From: Candidatus Bipolaricaulota bacterium
Lineage (GTDB): Bacteria; Patescibacteriota; Patescibacteriia; UBA11705; DATKZF01
NCBI GenBank assembly: GCA_035528115.1
Contig: DATKZF010000003.1
Coordinates: 150,699-214,698 of the forward strand
DNA: 64,000 nt
Direction of reading: 5' to 3'
The position numbers were made by a program, and so were the translations under genes. This document shows positions 17,900-27,455 of the stretch, piece by piece. How positions within the stretch are numbered: the stretch's first letter is position 1; each line of letters opens with the position of its first letter. The notes beneath the pieces are model-generated. The model saw only the letters and a program-made list of their open reading frames with translations. It did not search any database and had not been told where the DNA came from.

Positions 17900-19159
17900 T
17901 TAATCTTTGGTTCTAGTTATTTTAGCTCCCAATTTTCTGAGACGCTGTTCCACTTTGGAATAACCTCGATCTATTTGATAAATATTATCGATTTCCGTTT
18001 TACCATGGGCGACCAAGGCCGCTAAAATCAGAGCGAAACCCGCGCGCAAATCCGGACTGGCCAGCTTTCGGCCGAAAAGACGAACCGGACCGTTGACGAT
18101 CACTCGGTATGGATCGCACATGATGATATTGGCGCCCATCTGATTCAATAAATCAGTATAAAACAATCTGCCTTCAAACACGGTTTCATGAACCAAGCTC
18201 ATGCCTTTGGCCTGAGTAAGCAGAACGGTAAACGGAGGTTGTATGTCCGTGGCAAAGCCGGGATATTCGTGCGTCTGCACATTCACGGCTTTGGGATCCT
18301 CGCAACCCCAAACGGTCACGTAATCCGGACCAATTTCATATTTCACTCCCATTTTATCAAACAATACCCATAAAGATTCCAAATGCTCGGGCAGACAATT
18401 GGTTACCGTCACCTTGCCGCCGACCAATGCGCCCAAAATGGCGAAACTGCCGGCCTCTACCCTGTCAGGAATGACTTTATACCTGCCGCCGCTCAGACAT
18501 TCGACTCCTTCAATGGTCACCGTCGGCGTGCCCGCGCCGCAGATTTTCGCGCCGCAACTATTCAAGAATTCGGCCAAGGCCTCTATCTCGGGTTCGCAAG
18601 CGGCGTTTTTTATCACGGTCGTGCCCACGGCCAAAACGGCGGTAATGATCATTTCCTCGGTCACGGTCACGGAAATTTTCGGCAGAACGATTTTCGCTCC
18701 TTTCAATCTCTTCTTGGTCGTGAACTGATAATAATCCTTGCCTTCTTCCAGCGACGCTCCCAATTTTTTAAAATTGTCGATAAACAGATCAACCGGCCGC
18801 TGCCCGATCGCGCAGCCGCCCGGATGCGCCAATCTCACTTTACCCAATCTGATAAGCATCGGGCCGACCAAAAGCACCGAGACTCTGATTTTCTTAACCA
18901 GTTCCGGATCCAAACGATAACTTTCAATTTTTTTGGTTTGCAAACGAATGGTGGTTCCGTTCTTTTTGACTTTCGTGCCGATACTTTGAACCAATTCCAA
19001 AAGTCTGGAAATTTCCTCAATCTCAGGACAATTTTCAATTATGACCTCTTCGGAAGTAAGCAAAGAAGCGGCAATCGCCTTTAGCGCCGCATTTTTGGCT
19101 CCATTAACTTTAATTTCGCCGTTTAGTTTATAACCTCCGCTGATAATGAATTTTGACAT
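17900..19159 (-). CDS. murA: UDP-N-acetylglucosamine 1-carboxyvinyltransferase
   Basis: 419 aa of EPT-family fold. KVNGAKNAALKAIAASLL N-terminal motif is typical of MurA. Confidence 0.85.
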   Translation of the reverse strand: MSKFIISGGYKLNGEIKVNGAKNAALKAIAASLLTSEEVIIENCPEIEEISRLLELVQSIGTKVKKNGTTIRLQTKKIESYRLDPELVKKIRVSVLLVGPMLIRLGKVRLAHPGGCAIGQRPVDLFIDNFKKLGASLEEGKDYYQFTTKKRLKGAKIVLPKISVTVTEEMIITAVLAVGTTVIKNAACEPEIEALAEFLNSCGAKICGAGTPTVTIEGVECLSGGRYKVIPDRVEAGSFAILGALVGGKVTVTNCLPEHLESLWVLFDKMGVKYEIGPDYVTVWGCEDPKAVNVQTHEYPGFATDIQPPFTVLLTQAKGMSLVHETVFEGRLFYTDLLNQMGANIIMCDPYRVIVNGPVRLFGRKLASPDLRAGFALILAALVAHGKTEIDNIYQIDRGYSKVEQRLRKLGAKITRTKD

Positions 19160-19275
19160 AAATATAAATTTATTGTAACAAAAACTCGTGTTTTGAGCAA
19201 GAACCGCTTATAGTATAGCACAATCAGGCGATAATTTGATTTTTTATCAAAAAAAGACCATAATAAAAACAATGT

Positions 19276-20622
19276 ATGACTCTAAGAACCAGGAGGATCA
19301 TCGCTTTTCTTTTCATCGCCGGATTTTTGGTTTTGGCGCCGATTTTGATTTTATACAGCGCCGGCTATCGCTATAATTTCAAAAACGGACAATTCAAAAA
19401 AACCGGAGCGGTCTTCATGGAAACGGAGCCCAAAGGCGCGCTCATTTTCATTGACGGACAAACCATGGATCAAAAAACTCCGGCTCATTTGACCAACATC
19501 TTTCCCAATTTCTACACCGTCAGATTGGAAAAAGAAGGCTATTTGCCTTGGGAAAAGAAAATTGAAATCAAACCGCAAGAAACAGTTTTTGCCAATAACG
19601 TGGTGCTATTTAAAAATCAACCGGCGAAAGAAATCGAGCAGGAAGATAAAATAATCGACATTTTAAAAACACCGAGCTGCGTTTTGCTTGAAGCGCTTTC
19701 CGCAACCGATGAAAAAATATTTTCATGTTTGAATGATAAGAGCGGTTTGATACAAAAGATTTATAAATTCGACGATGCCGACGTGGAAATTTCAGCGCAA
19801 AGTTCGGATAAAAATAAATTTTTGGCGGGGATCAAAAGCGGAGATTTTCAAATTCTATCCACGGATGGGGTTTACAAACAAACGCTGGCCGACTTGCCGA
19901 TTGACCTCGCCATTGTGAAATGGGACGAGACGAGCGATCATTTCATTTATGGCGGAGACAACTCCGAAATCTGGCAAATCAATCTCTTGGGTCTAGAACC
20001 CGTTTATACTTTGACCTACCGAGCCAAAGACAATGAAACGATCAATGACTTCGCCGTTTCGTCCGACCGGCTGTACCTCGTCGTTTCCGGTGAGGACGGA
20101 AATTTTTTGCGCCTGACCGACGTAAAAAATCCAAACGACGCCAAACAGTCCATTCAGCTTTTGTCGTCGAATTTCAAAATAGACTCGTTCATCGATCAAT
20201 ACATTGTTATAAAAGACAGCTTGAAATCAGACATTTACTTCATGGAAAACAATTTGGCAGCCACCAAACTGCATCTAAACGACATCGATCGATACGATTG
20301 GCTGGAAAAAGAAAAACTGATGGTGCTCTACAATGATTACGAAATCTATTTTTCCAATTTCAAAGAAACCACGCCGATCACCTATCTCGTCACGCGCTAC
20401 AGCACCCCCATAAAAAAAATCGTCTGGTTCAACGACAACTATTTATTGGTTCTTCATGACGGCCGGTTGAAAATAATTGAAATGGATAATCGAGACAAAA
20501 GAAACGTCTTTGAATTAAACAACGAAAACGATTTGAGAATCGACAACTTCGCGCTTGATCAAAATAAAGAAAAAATTAGTTTCATCTCCGGAGGAAAACT
20601 TTTCGAACAAATAATCCAATAA
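19276..20622 (+). CDS. Membrane-anchored PEGA-domain protein
   Basis: 448 aa. N-terminal TM, then a PEGA-like module (ETEPKGALIFIDGQ...TPAHLTNIFPNFYTVRLEKEGYLPWEKKIEI), then an uncharacterised beta-rich region. Confidence 0.5.
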   Translation: MTLRTRRIIAFLFIAGFLVLAPILILYSAGYRYNFKNGQFKKTGAVFMETEPKGALIFIDGQTMDQKTPAHLTNIFPNFYTVRLEKEGYLPWEKKIEIKPQETVFANNVVLFKNQPAKEIEQEDKIIDILKTPSCVLLEALSATDEKIFSCLNDKSGLIQKIYKFDDADVEISAQSSDKNKFLAGIKSGDFQILSTDGVYKQTLADLPIDLAIVKWDETSDHFIYGGDNSEIWQINLLGLEPVYTLTYRAKDNETINDFAVSSDRLYLVVSGEDGNFLRLTDVKNPNDAKQSIQLLSSNFKIDSFIDQYIVIKDSLKSDIYFMENNLAATKLHLNDIDRYDWLEKEKLMVLYNDYEIYFSNFKETTPITYLVTRYSTPIKKIVWFNDNYLLVLHDGRLKIIEMDNRDKRNVFELNNENDLRIDNFALDQNKEKISFISGGKLFEQIIQ

Positions 20623-20639
20623 CATTCAATAAAAAAATA

Positions 20640-20663
20640 CCCGCCGAAGCGGGCATTTTTTTG
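20640..20663. terminator. Bidirectional intrinsic terminator
   Basis: A7-TA-CCCGC-cgaa-GCGGG-CA-T7, between convergent genes. Confidence 0.6.
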
Positions 20664-20669
20664 TTTTGT

Positions 20670-21548
20670 TTATTCAACTTTCTTTGGAGAACCGGGGACA
20701 ACCGGCGCGACATTTCTGCCGGTCAATTGAAAATAAACGTATAAACTGAAAATGTAATAAAAAGTATTGATAAAGCTGTAAACGGCCAATGATGCGACCC
20801 AAACGACCAGCGCGCCCAAAAACGCGGCGATAATGACGCCGGACGAGCCCAAAGCAACGAACAGCAAATAACCGAAAGCTGAAAAAATAACGGCCAACAA
20901 GTAAGAGATGATGAAAATCCCGATGCCTACGGCGATCGCGAAACCTATGCGAATGAACGAAGTGAAGATAGAGATCTTTGCGTTATCTCGAAAAAGCCGC
21001 CAAGCCAAAAGAGCGGCTGTTTTTAAATTTTTGTCTTCCAAAACCAGATACGCGAAAAAATAATAAAAATAGTTGCCGAAAAAGACAAAGCCGACGATCA
21101 GCGCCAGAAACCACAAAGACAATAATGCCATAACCAAAAAACTTTCCAACCGGCTCAAAAAAATGGGCGCGATGGCAATCAGAAAGAGCAAACCTAAAAT
21201 CAGATCGGCCATCAAAATCTTTTTGAATTTTGTTTTGCCGAACGCCCAAAGTTGTTTGAAATTATTCTTGATGCCGAGCGATAAATTTTGAACGCCCTTG
21301 ATCAGCGCGGCCTGACAAACCACTCCGACCAAAAAAATCGCGATCAATACCGCAAAACCCAAGAATACGGAAATCAGATAGCCGGACTTGGTCATTTCCG
21401 CGAATTTTTCCGAAAAATCAAAATTAAAACCTTGATAATTTCCGCCTTCCACTCCGATCACCAAAAAAAGCCCGAAAAGCCAGAGCAATTTATTATGCCA
21501 CGCCGAATACCACGACTTTCTAGCCAACTCTTTGTAATTTAATTGCAT
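20670..21548 (-). CDS. Hypothetical polytopic membrane protein
   Basis: 292 aa with at least six TM segments. No family motif. Confidence 0.45.
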   Translation of the reverse strand: MQLNYKELARKSWYSAWHNKLLWLFGLFLVIGVEGGNYQGFNFDFSEKFAEMTKSGYLISVFLGFAVLIAIFLVGVVCQAALIKGVQNLSLGIKNNFKQLWAFGKTKFKKILMADLILGLLFLIAIAPIFLSRLESFLVMALLSLWFLALIVGFVFFGNYFYYFFAYLVLEDKNLKTAALLAWRLFRDNAKISIFTSFIRIGFAIAVGIGIFIISYLLAVIFSAFGYLLFVALGSSGVIIAAFLGALVVWVASLAVYSFINTFYYIFSLYVYFQLTGRNVAPVVPGSPKKVE

Positions 21549-21572
21549 ACCTCCTTGAATGATTAATAAACG

Positions 21573-22298
21573 TTATAAATTTATCTTTTTATTTTTGACC
21601 AAATTCGCGGCGTCCAAAAAGGAATCGAAGTTTTCGCCGCAGTCTCCCCACCAGCCGCGAAGAGTTTCATAATTCATTGTCCCCTGCTTGATGTAAAAAT
21701 TATTGACATCGGTAATTTCCATCTCGCCTCTGCCGGACGGTTCCAGCCTCTTGATAATATCCCAAACTTGATTGTCATACATGTAAAGTCCGACCACGGC
21801 GAAATTCGTTTTCGGTATTTCCGGCTTTTCAATGATCTCCGTTATTTTATCTCCTTCGACCGTGGCCACGCCGTAGGAGCGCGGATTTTCCACTTGTTTG
21901 ATGAATATTCGCGCGCCCCGCTCTTGACGGGAAAATTCGGTCACCGCGTTTTTCACGTTATCTTCCAAAATGTTATCGCCCAAAATTACGGCCACTTTGT
22001 CTTTATTCACAAACCGCTCGCACAAACCAAGCGCTTCGGCGATGCCGCCCGCTTTTTCCTGAACCGCGTAGCTGAATTGAGCGCCGAATTCGGAACCGTT
22101 GCCCAAAAGCTCCAAAAATTGGCCGGCATGCCCTTTGCCGGAAACAATCATGATGTCCGTGATATTGGCGTCTACCAAAGTCTGAATCGGATAATAAATC
22201 ATCGGCCGGTCATAGATCGGCAACAAATGCTTATTGGTCACTCTGGTGCAAGGATAAAGCCGAGATCCCGTCCCTCCGGCCAAAATTACTCCTTTCAT
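21573..22298 (-). CDS. rmlA: Glucose-1-phosphate thymidylyltransferase (short-form sugar nucleotidyltransferase)
   Basis: MKGVILAGGTGSRLYPCTRVTNKHLLPIYDRPMIYYPI matches the RmlA N-terminal signature. 241 aa is shorter than the canonical length. Confidence 0.7.
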   Translation of the reverse strand: MKGVILAGGTGSRLYPCTRVTNKHLLPIYDRPMIYYPIQTLVDANITDIMIVSGKGHAGQFLELLGNGSEFGAQFSYAVQEKAGGIAEALGLCERFVNKDKVAVILGDNILEDNVKNAVTEFSRQERGARIFIKQVENPRSYGVATVEGDKITEIIEKPEIPKTNFAVVGLYMYDNQVWDIIKRLEPSGRGEMEITDVNNFYIKQGTMNYETLRGWWGDCGENFDSFLDAANLVKNKKINL

Positions 22299-22321
22299 AC
22301 AATATGCCCCCTTTAATTATT

Positions 22322-23167
22322 TTAATAACCCAATATTTCCAGATAATCTTTCAGCGCTTCCTGCCAAGTCCTCAGCGCAGGCAATTTGGTATTAATCAGA
22401 GACGAATACGCCGGACGTTTAGCCGGTCTGGGAAATTTGTCCGAGCCGACCTGATTGATTTTTATTTTTTTATTCGCCAAACTGAATATTTCTTTGCCGA
22501 AGCCGTGCCAGGTGCAAGAGCCGCTGTTGGTCGCGTGATAAGTGCCGAACGCTGGTTTTTCTTCCAAAATGATTTTCACCCGCTCGGCCAAATCTTTGGA
22601 ATAAGTCGGATTGCTGAATTCCTCGTCCACCAAATCCAAGCTGTCTTTTTGATCTGCCAGATAAAGCATGACATCCACGAAGCTTTTTTTCGCGCCTTCC
22701 GATTTCGCTTGCTTGCCGAAAAGCCTGGAAGTTCTGATCAAATAATGTTTAAAATATTTTTTTCTAACTTGTTCTTCTCCCAAGAATTTTGACAAACCGT
22801 AAGCGCTGATCGGCTCAGGTCCGGCGTCTTCGCGATAACCTTTTTTATTTTCTCCGGAGAAAACATAGTCCGTGCTGAAATGAACCAAGGTGGCGCCGAC
22901 GCGTTTTGCGGCCGCGGCCAGATTGCCCGGTCCGGCCGCGTTGATCGCCTGAGCCAAACCAAAATTCGTTTCGCAATCATCAACCGCGTTATAGGCGGCG
23001 GAATTGATGATGACATCCGGATTGAGTTCGCTTATTTTTTCAATGACTTTAGCTCTGTCCGTAATATCCAATTCCTTTCTATCAAAAAGAATCGGGCTTT
23101 CTTTTTCAAAAACCTTGGCCAAATCCTGGCCGAGCATTCCGTTTGAGCCGATAATGAGAATTTTCAT
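22322..23167 (-). CDS. rmlD: dTDP-4-dehydrorhamnose reductase
   Basis: 281 aa. MKILIIGSNGMLG Rossmann N-terminus and RmlD-type short-chain dehydrogenase fold. Confidence 0.8.
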   Translation of the reverse strand: MKILIIGSNGMLGQDLAKVFEKESPILFDRKELDITDRAKVIEKISELNPDVIINSAAYNAVDDCETNFGLAQAINAAGPGNLAAAAKRVGATLVHFSTDYVFSGENKKGYREDAGPEPISAYGLSKFLGEEQVRKKYFKHYLIRTSRLFGKQAKSEGAKKSFVDVMLYLADQKDSLDLVDEEFSNPTYSKDLAERVKIILEEKPAFGTYHATNSGSCTWHGFGKEIFSLANKKIKINQVGSDKFPRPAKRPAYSSLINTKLPALRTWQEALKDYLEILGY

Positions 23168-23189
23168 ATGATCGGGCGTTAAGGCTTAC

Positions 23190-23222
23190 TTATAATTTAT
23201 GAAAATTCGGCATTTTTGTCAA
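23190..23222 (-). promoter_or_regulatory. Putative sigma70-type promoter of rmlD
   Basis: On the minus strand: TTGACA, 17 nt, TAAATT, about 25 nt upstream of the rmlD ATG. Confidence 0.35.
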
Positions 23223-23425
23223 TCGTTACAAATAATTAAATCTGTTAGGACAAGCTTGGTTTTGGTTTAATGCTTTGGTTACAAATGTTACTAATTACAA
23301 GATTCCATTTAGCTTTTAGGTTATTTGTTACGAATTACAAGATTCTTAAACTTAAAGCTATAGATGATTGTAATTCGTAACATATATAAATCGGCCTATT
23401 GGGTGATTGTAATTTGTAACGATAG
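23200..23425. repeat. Cluster of TTGTAATTCGTAAC-family repeats in convergent orientation
   Basis: Three copies on one strand (cgttacaaataatt, ggttacaaatgttact, tgttacgaattacaag) are followed by two copies on the other (attgtaattcgtaacata, attgtaatttgtaacgata). Confidence 0.6.
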
Positions 23426-23437
23426 TCCACCCCTTTA

Positions 23438-23470
23438 AAACAGAAAAGACAGCAGTTATGCACTGCTGCC
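23438..23470 (-). terminator. Intrinsic terminator of the GC-rich small gene
   Basis: On the minus strand: GGCAGCAG-tgcataa-CTGCTGTC followed by TTTTCTGTTTT. Confidence 0.5.
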
Positions 23471-23497
23471 AGAAGGGTGGGGCGGGTGGCGGAATAG

Positions 23498-23770
23498 CTA
23501 CCGGTGGGCGAGCTCGTCGAGCAGCTGCTCGACGCTCTTCTTTTCTCCGGTCGGCTTGGTCGGGGTCGGGGCCTCGGCGACCCGCTTCGGCGCGACGGGG
23601 CGCAGCCGATAGCAGATCTGCTCCGTGCCGTTGCCGGTCTCGCGCGTCTCACAGACGAGCCCGCCAACCGGCTGGGACGCCATGGCCGGGGCCGTGGCGA
23701 CGAGCGCGAACAGCGACGAGAACAGAACGAACAACGAAGCGACAAAGAACACTTTGCTCCAGGTCAACAT
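23498..23770 (-). CDS. Small secreted protein (about 60-aa mature peptide, 2 Cys) in a very GC-rich (about 65%) islet
   Basis: Signal peptide MLTWSKVFFVASLFVLFSSLFALVATAPAMA. SD AGGAGA lies 7 nt upstream. A perfect 17-bp palindrome GCGCGACAaTGTCGCGC (23785-23801) abuts the SD. Overlapping ORFs on other frames (23458..23856+, 23335..23745-) are Arg-rich frame artefacts of GC-rich DNA. Confidence 0.45.
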   Translation of the reverse strand: MLTWSKVFFVASLFVLFSSLFALVATAPAMASQPVGGLVCETRETGNGTEQICYRLRPVAPKRVAEAPTPTKPTGEKKSVEQLLDELAHR

Positions 23771-24000
23771 GGCAGTTCTCCTGCGCGCGACAATGTCGCG
23801 CTAAAGTGTCTTTTGGGAGGCACCACGCCTCTTTTAAACCCTCATTAAAGGCTTAAAACAGGCGTTGTGGACTTGATTGAAACGAACAGGCAGGATCATT
23901 CATTTCACTTTAACATTACATTATAGCATATATTTTACAAAAAGTCAATACTATACTAAAATATTTAGCTAATTTTAGCTAAATACTCAATTTTCCCAAT

Positions 24001-24027
24001 AAAAAAATCCCGATTTTACTCGGGATT
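24001..24027 (-). terminator. Intrinsic terminator of the acidic coiled-coil gene
   Basis: On the minus strand: ATCCCGA-gtaaaa-TCGGGAT followed by T7. Confidence 0.55.
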
Positions 24028-24043
24028 TATTCTTGATTTAGCT

Positions 24044-25129
24044 TTATGCGGCCTTTCTAAATGACCTGGCAATCCTTTTCAGAGACTGACGATAATTCGT
24101 TTTTTCTTGGGGTTCATTCTCATCAAGCATGACCGACAGCTTGGCTTTTTCCAAAACTTCGGGAGAAACCGGATTGGTATCGCTCACCTCTTCTTCAAAT
24201 TCTCCATCCACTTTTTCACCGACGATTTCCAAAACTCTTTCCAGTTCAGCGCCTTGCAATGTCGAGGTCAAGGCACTAATGATTTTGCCGGCTTGGGTCT
24301 CCGTCAACCTATCAATATCTTCGTCTTTTAAAGCCGAAATATTTTCAATATTCAACGGCAAATCGGCCGTCAATTTTTCACGAGCGATTTCTCTCTGCCT
24401 TTTTTCATCTTCTTGATATTTAAGCATTTCCTCAAATGTTGCGATAGGCAATCTACCGGCTTCATGCTCTTTTTTGATACGCTCATCGATTTTTTCTTTA
24501 AAATCTTTAAGCAATTGAACGGCATTCACGCCGGATTCAATTTCCTGCAGAACCGCTTTCTCCGCTTCCATTTGCCGTGGGAGAGTTTCCTCAACCATGG
24601 TAGGCACCTCTTCTGCAATCTCGGTATTGGCTTTTTCCGAAATAGTGTCAGCGCTTTCCATAACTTCCATATCTTTAGCTTTTTTTTGAGATTCTATCTC
24701 TTTTAATATGCGCAGCTGCTCTTCACCCAGCTCTGCGGCAACACCTTCCACGATAGTATATAAGTCTCCTTCCGCTTGATTGTATATTTTTTCTATCTCA
24801 TCTTTGGCTTTTCTTTGCTCAACGGATTCCAATTCCCTTTTTTCTCGGGCTTCACTTTGCCTATCCAAATCCTTGAGCTCTCCCTCGGACATAGCTGCCA
24901 CATGCGCTTCTTTTGTTTCATCTTCCGGAAATGGAGTGGGTGTTTGTCTCTCCTCTTTATCTTCTTTAGGAGAAGCTATTTCTCCATAACCTACATTGGT
25001 TCCGTCCCCATCTTTAGATATGGACTTTGTTTCAGGTAAACCCTTTTCGTCCATTTCAACTCTTTTTGGTTTTTGGATCGCTTTGTCCTCTGCTCCTCCA
25101 AATACCATTGTTCTAAATTTTTCAAACAT
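24044..25129 (-). CDS. Hypothetical highly acidic coiled-coil protein
   Basis: 361 aa, very rich in Glu/Lys/Asp, low complexity, predicted long helices. No domain recognised. Confidence 0.5.
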   Translation of the reverse strand: MFEKFRTMVFGGAEDKAIQKPKRVEMDEKGLPETKSISKDGDGTNVGYGEIASPKEDKEERQTPTPFPEDETKEAHVAAMSEGELKDLDRQSEAREKRELESVEQRKAKDEIEKIYNQAEGDLYTIVEGVAAELGEEQLRILKEIESQKKAKDMEVMESADTISEKANTEIAEEVPTMVEETLPRQMEAEKAVLQEIESGVNAVQLLKDFKEKIDERIKKEHEAGRLPIATFEEMLKYQEDEKRQREIAREKLTADLPLNIENISALKDEDIDRLTETQAGKIISALTSTLQGAELERVLEIVGEKVDGEFEEEVSDTNPVSPEVLEKAKLSVMLDENEPQEKTNYRQSLKRIARSFRKAA

Positions 25130-25245
25130 ATTTTCGCGTTATTTATAATAAATTAATTATAACACATATTCATAAAAAATCAATATTGACAAAAGAACCA
25201 TAATTTCTTAAAGTTAATCTCCATTGAGGAACCGGAGGTGCGCCG

Positions 25246-25728
25246 ATGAGCAACATTCGCTACATATTCGAAAAAGGCGAAGAAAGCTCAAGGCCCTCCA
25301 GTAGACCTTCGAGCTCGTCGCCTGAGGTCATTGACCCCAGATTCGCAAGAAAGACTCTTGAAGGAATGGTCATAAAGCGAATATCCTGGACAAAGCGGTC
25401 ATGGTTGCTCGGCGACGAAATATCGCGTCCGGATGACTGGACGCTGACAATTCTGTTCGAGCCGACCAAAAGAACTCTCTGGCGGAAGGCCGTGGAAATG
25501 ATCACGGCAATCCGGATCGGACGTATAATTTGGAAAGGCCTGACAGTCGAATTTCTGGGCCTCGTCAAGGGTGAGCACCACGTGTATTTCGACTGCGGAG
25601 AGCCACCAACCGGCCTGCCCGATGAACCCATCGGCGGCGATGGCAACGTACCCGTAAAACTCTACTTCGAAAATCCTAGCCTGTCGGATCCGGTCACGGT
25701 TACCCTGGGAGGACGAAAACAACCATGA
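25246..25728 (+). CDS. Hypothetical protein in a GC-rich (about 52%) islet
   Basis: 160 aa. SD GGAGG lies 8 nt upstream. Own terminator at 25754-25788 (AAGACAGC-aatcaacaac-GCTGTCTT-CTTTATTTT). Composition differs from its neighbours. Confidence 0.45.
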   Translation: MSNIRYIFEKGEESSRPSSRPSSSSPEVIDPRFARKTLEGMVIKRISWTKRSWLLGDEISRPDDWTLTILFEPTKRTLWRKAVEMITAIRIGRIIWKGLTVEFLGLVKGEHHVYFDCGEPPTGLPDEPIGGDGNVPVKLYFENPSLSDPVTVTLGGRKQP

Positions 25729-25753
25729 CGACCCGCCTCGCGCGCATCTTTCA

Positions 25754-25788
25754 AAGACAGCAATCAACAACGCTGTCTTCTTTATTTT
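25754..25788 (+). terminator. Intrinsic terminator
   Basis: AAGACAGC/GCTGTCTT hairpin followed by a T-rich run. Confidence 0.5.
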
Positions 25789-25833
25789 AAAAAACTTTTC
25801 TAACTTAGAACTTCTCTAACTACTTTAACTATT

Positions 25834-26853
25834 CTAACTATTAACCCTCTTACCGTACCACTCTTTATAATAATCCTGATACTCCCCGCTTTTGACGCGG
25901 CTCCACCATTCTTTATTTTCCATGTACCAATCAATGGTCTCTCTCAAACCTTCTTCGAAATTATATTTGGGCCGCCAATTCAATTCGGCCATGATTTTGT
26001 ACGGCTTGATGGCGTAGCGCCGATCATGGCCGGGCCTGTCTTTTACGTATTCTATCATCTCCTCGCCGAAGCCCATATAGCTCAATATTTTTTTGGTTAA
26101 ATCAATGTTTGAAACTTCATTGTTCCCGCCCACGCAATATGTCTCCCCCATTCGGCCGTAATGCAAAACCGAGTCAATGGCCGCCGCGTGGTCTTTTACA
26201 TGCAGCCAGTCCCTGACGTTTTGCCCGTCGCCGTAAAGCGGAACTTTTTTTTCTTCAATCAAATTGGTGACAAAAAGCGGAATGACTTTTTCCGGAAACT
26301 GATAAGGTCCATAATTATTGGAACAGTTCGAAATTGTAATCGGCAATTTGTGCGTTTCATAATACGCTCTGACCAAATGATCTGAAGCCGCCTTTGATGA
26401 TGAATACGGACTGCTCGGATTATAAGGAGTGTCTTCGGAAAAAGCTGCTCTGCTTTCGAGCGGCAAGGAGCCGAAAACTTCATCGGTTGAGACGTGATGA
26501 AATCGCAGGTTGCCGTTGTTTTTGCACACTTCAAGCAAAGTGTACGTTCCCAAAACATTGGTGCGGACAAATTCTTCGGCTCCCAAAATGGATTTGTCCA
26601 CGTGAGATTCCGCGGCAAAGTGCACGACCGCGTCCACGTCTTTGACGCAAAGATCCAGCAATTCATAATTCAAAACATCGCCGCGCACGAATTTGTAATT
26701 GGGATTGTTCTCCACGGACTTCAAATTTTCCAAATTGCCGGCATAAGTCAGCTTGTCGTAATTGATAATTTCGTAATGCGGGTATTTGGACAGCATGTAC
26801 AAAATAAAATTCGAACCGATGAATCCCGCGCCTCCTGTGACAAGTAATTTCAT
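25834..26853 (-). CDS. rmlB: dTDP-glucose 4,6-dehydratase
   Basis: 339 aa. MKLLVTGGAGFIGSNF N-terminus and extended-SDR fold with the catalytic YxxxK region (YSSSKAASDHL). Confidence 0.9.
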   Translation of the reverse strand: MKLLVTGGAGFIGSNFILYMLSKYPHYEIINYDKLTYAGNLENLKSVENNPNYKFVRGDVLNYELLDLCVKDVDAVVHFAAESHVDKSILGAEEFVRTNVLGTYTLLEVCKNNGNLRFHHVSTDEVFGSLPLESRAAFSEDTPYNPSSPYSSSKAASDHLVRAYYETHKLPITISNCSNNYGPYQFPEKVIPLFVTNLIEEKKVPLYGDGQNVRDWLHVKDHAAAIDSVLHYGRMGETYCVGGNNEVSNIDLTKKILSYMGFGEEMIEYVKDRPGHDRRYAIKPYKIMAELNWRPKYNFEEGLRETIDWYMENKEWWSRVKSGEYQDYYKEWYGKRVNS

Positions 26854-26951
26854 ATTGGGAAGCTTAATAGAAGCTATATTTAATCACTTGTCTTTTATCA
26901 TTTTTTTTAGACGTTGTAAATATTGATTAAATCCTAAAAAATGGCGTAAAC

Positions 26952-26978
26952 AAAAAAAGCCCCTTGGTTTTGGGGCTG
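26952..26978 (-). terminator. Intrinsic terminator after the HIT gene
   Basis: On the minus strand: AGCCCC-aaaaccaa-GGGGCT followed by T7. Confidence 0.5.
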
Positions 26979-26995
26979 TTTAATCATTGTCATTT

Positions 26996-27427
26996 CTAAC
27001 TGACGCCGTTAATCGCGCCTTCGGTTTTTAAAACCGCCTTTATTTTATCCGCCGCGTCATCCATTTCTCCTTCGCCGTATTGTTTGCCCGGCCAGTGTTT
27101 CAAGCCGTCGTCTTCTTTTCTGGGCACCACATGAAAATGCAGATGATTGACCATCTGGCCGGCCACGGCTCCATTATTCACTTCAATATTGAATGCGGGA
27201 TAATCAAGCGCTTTCATGACGGCTTTGGCCACTATTTTGGAAGCGATGATCAAATGAGACAAATCCTCGTTGCCGGCGGATAAAATATCTTCCACGTGCT
27301 TTTTCGGCGCGATTAAAGCATGTCCCTGATTAACAGGATTGATGTCCAAAAACGCCACCGTAAAATTATCCTCGTAAATTTTTCTGCTCGGAATTTCATT
27401 ATTGATGATTTTGCAAAACACGCACAT
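26996..27427 (-). CDS. HIT-family (histidine triad) hydrolase
   Basis: 143 aa. CVFCKI N-terminus and the HxHxHxx motif (NHLHFHVVPR). Confidence 0.85.
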   Translation of the reverse strand: MCVFCKIINNEIPSRKIYEDNFTVAFLDINPVNQGHALIAPKKHVEDILSAGNEDLSHLIIASKIVAKAVMKALDYPAFNIEVNNGAVAGQMVNHLHFHVVPRKEDDGLKHWPGKQYGEGEMDDAADKIKAVLKTEGAINGVS

Positions 27428-27455
27428 AAATTTAAATGTTAATTATCTCAATTTC

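Noticed and set aside
23335-23856. Plus-strand 132-aa and minus-strand 136-aa ORFs over the 65%-GC segment
   Set aside because: Arg/Ala/Ser-rich translations typical of wrong-frame GC-rich DNA. The 90-aa minus-strand frame has a signal peptide, an SD and a terminator.
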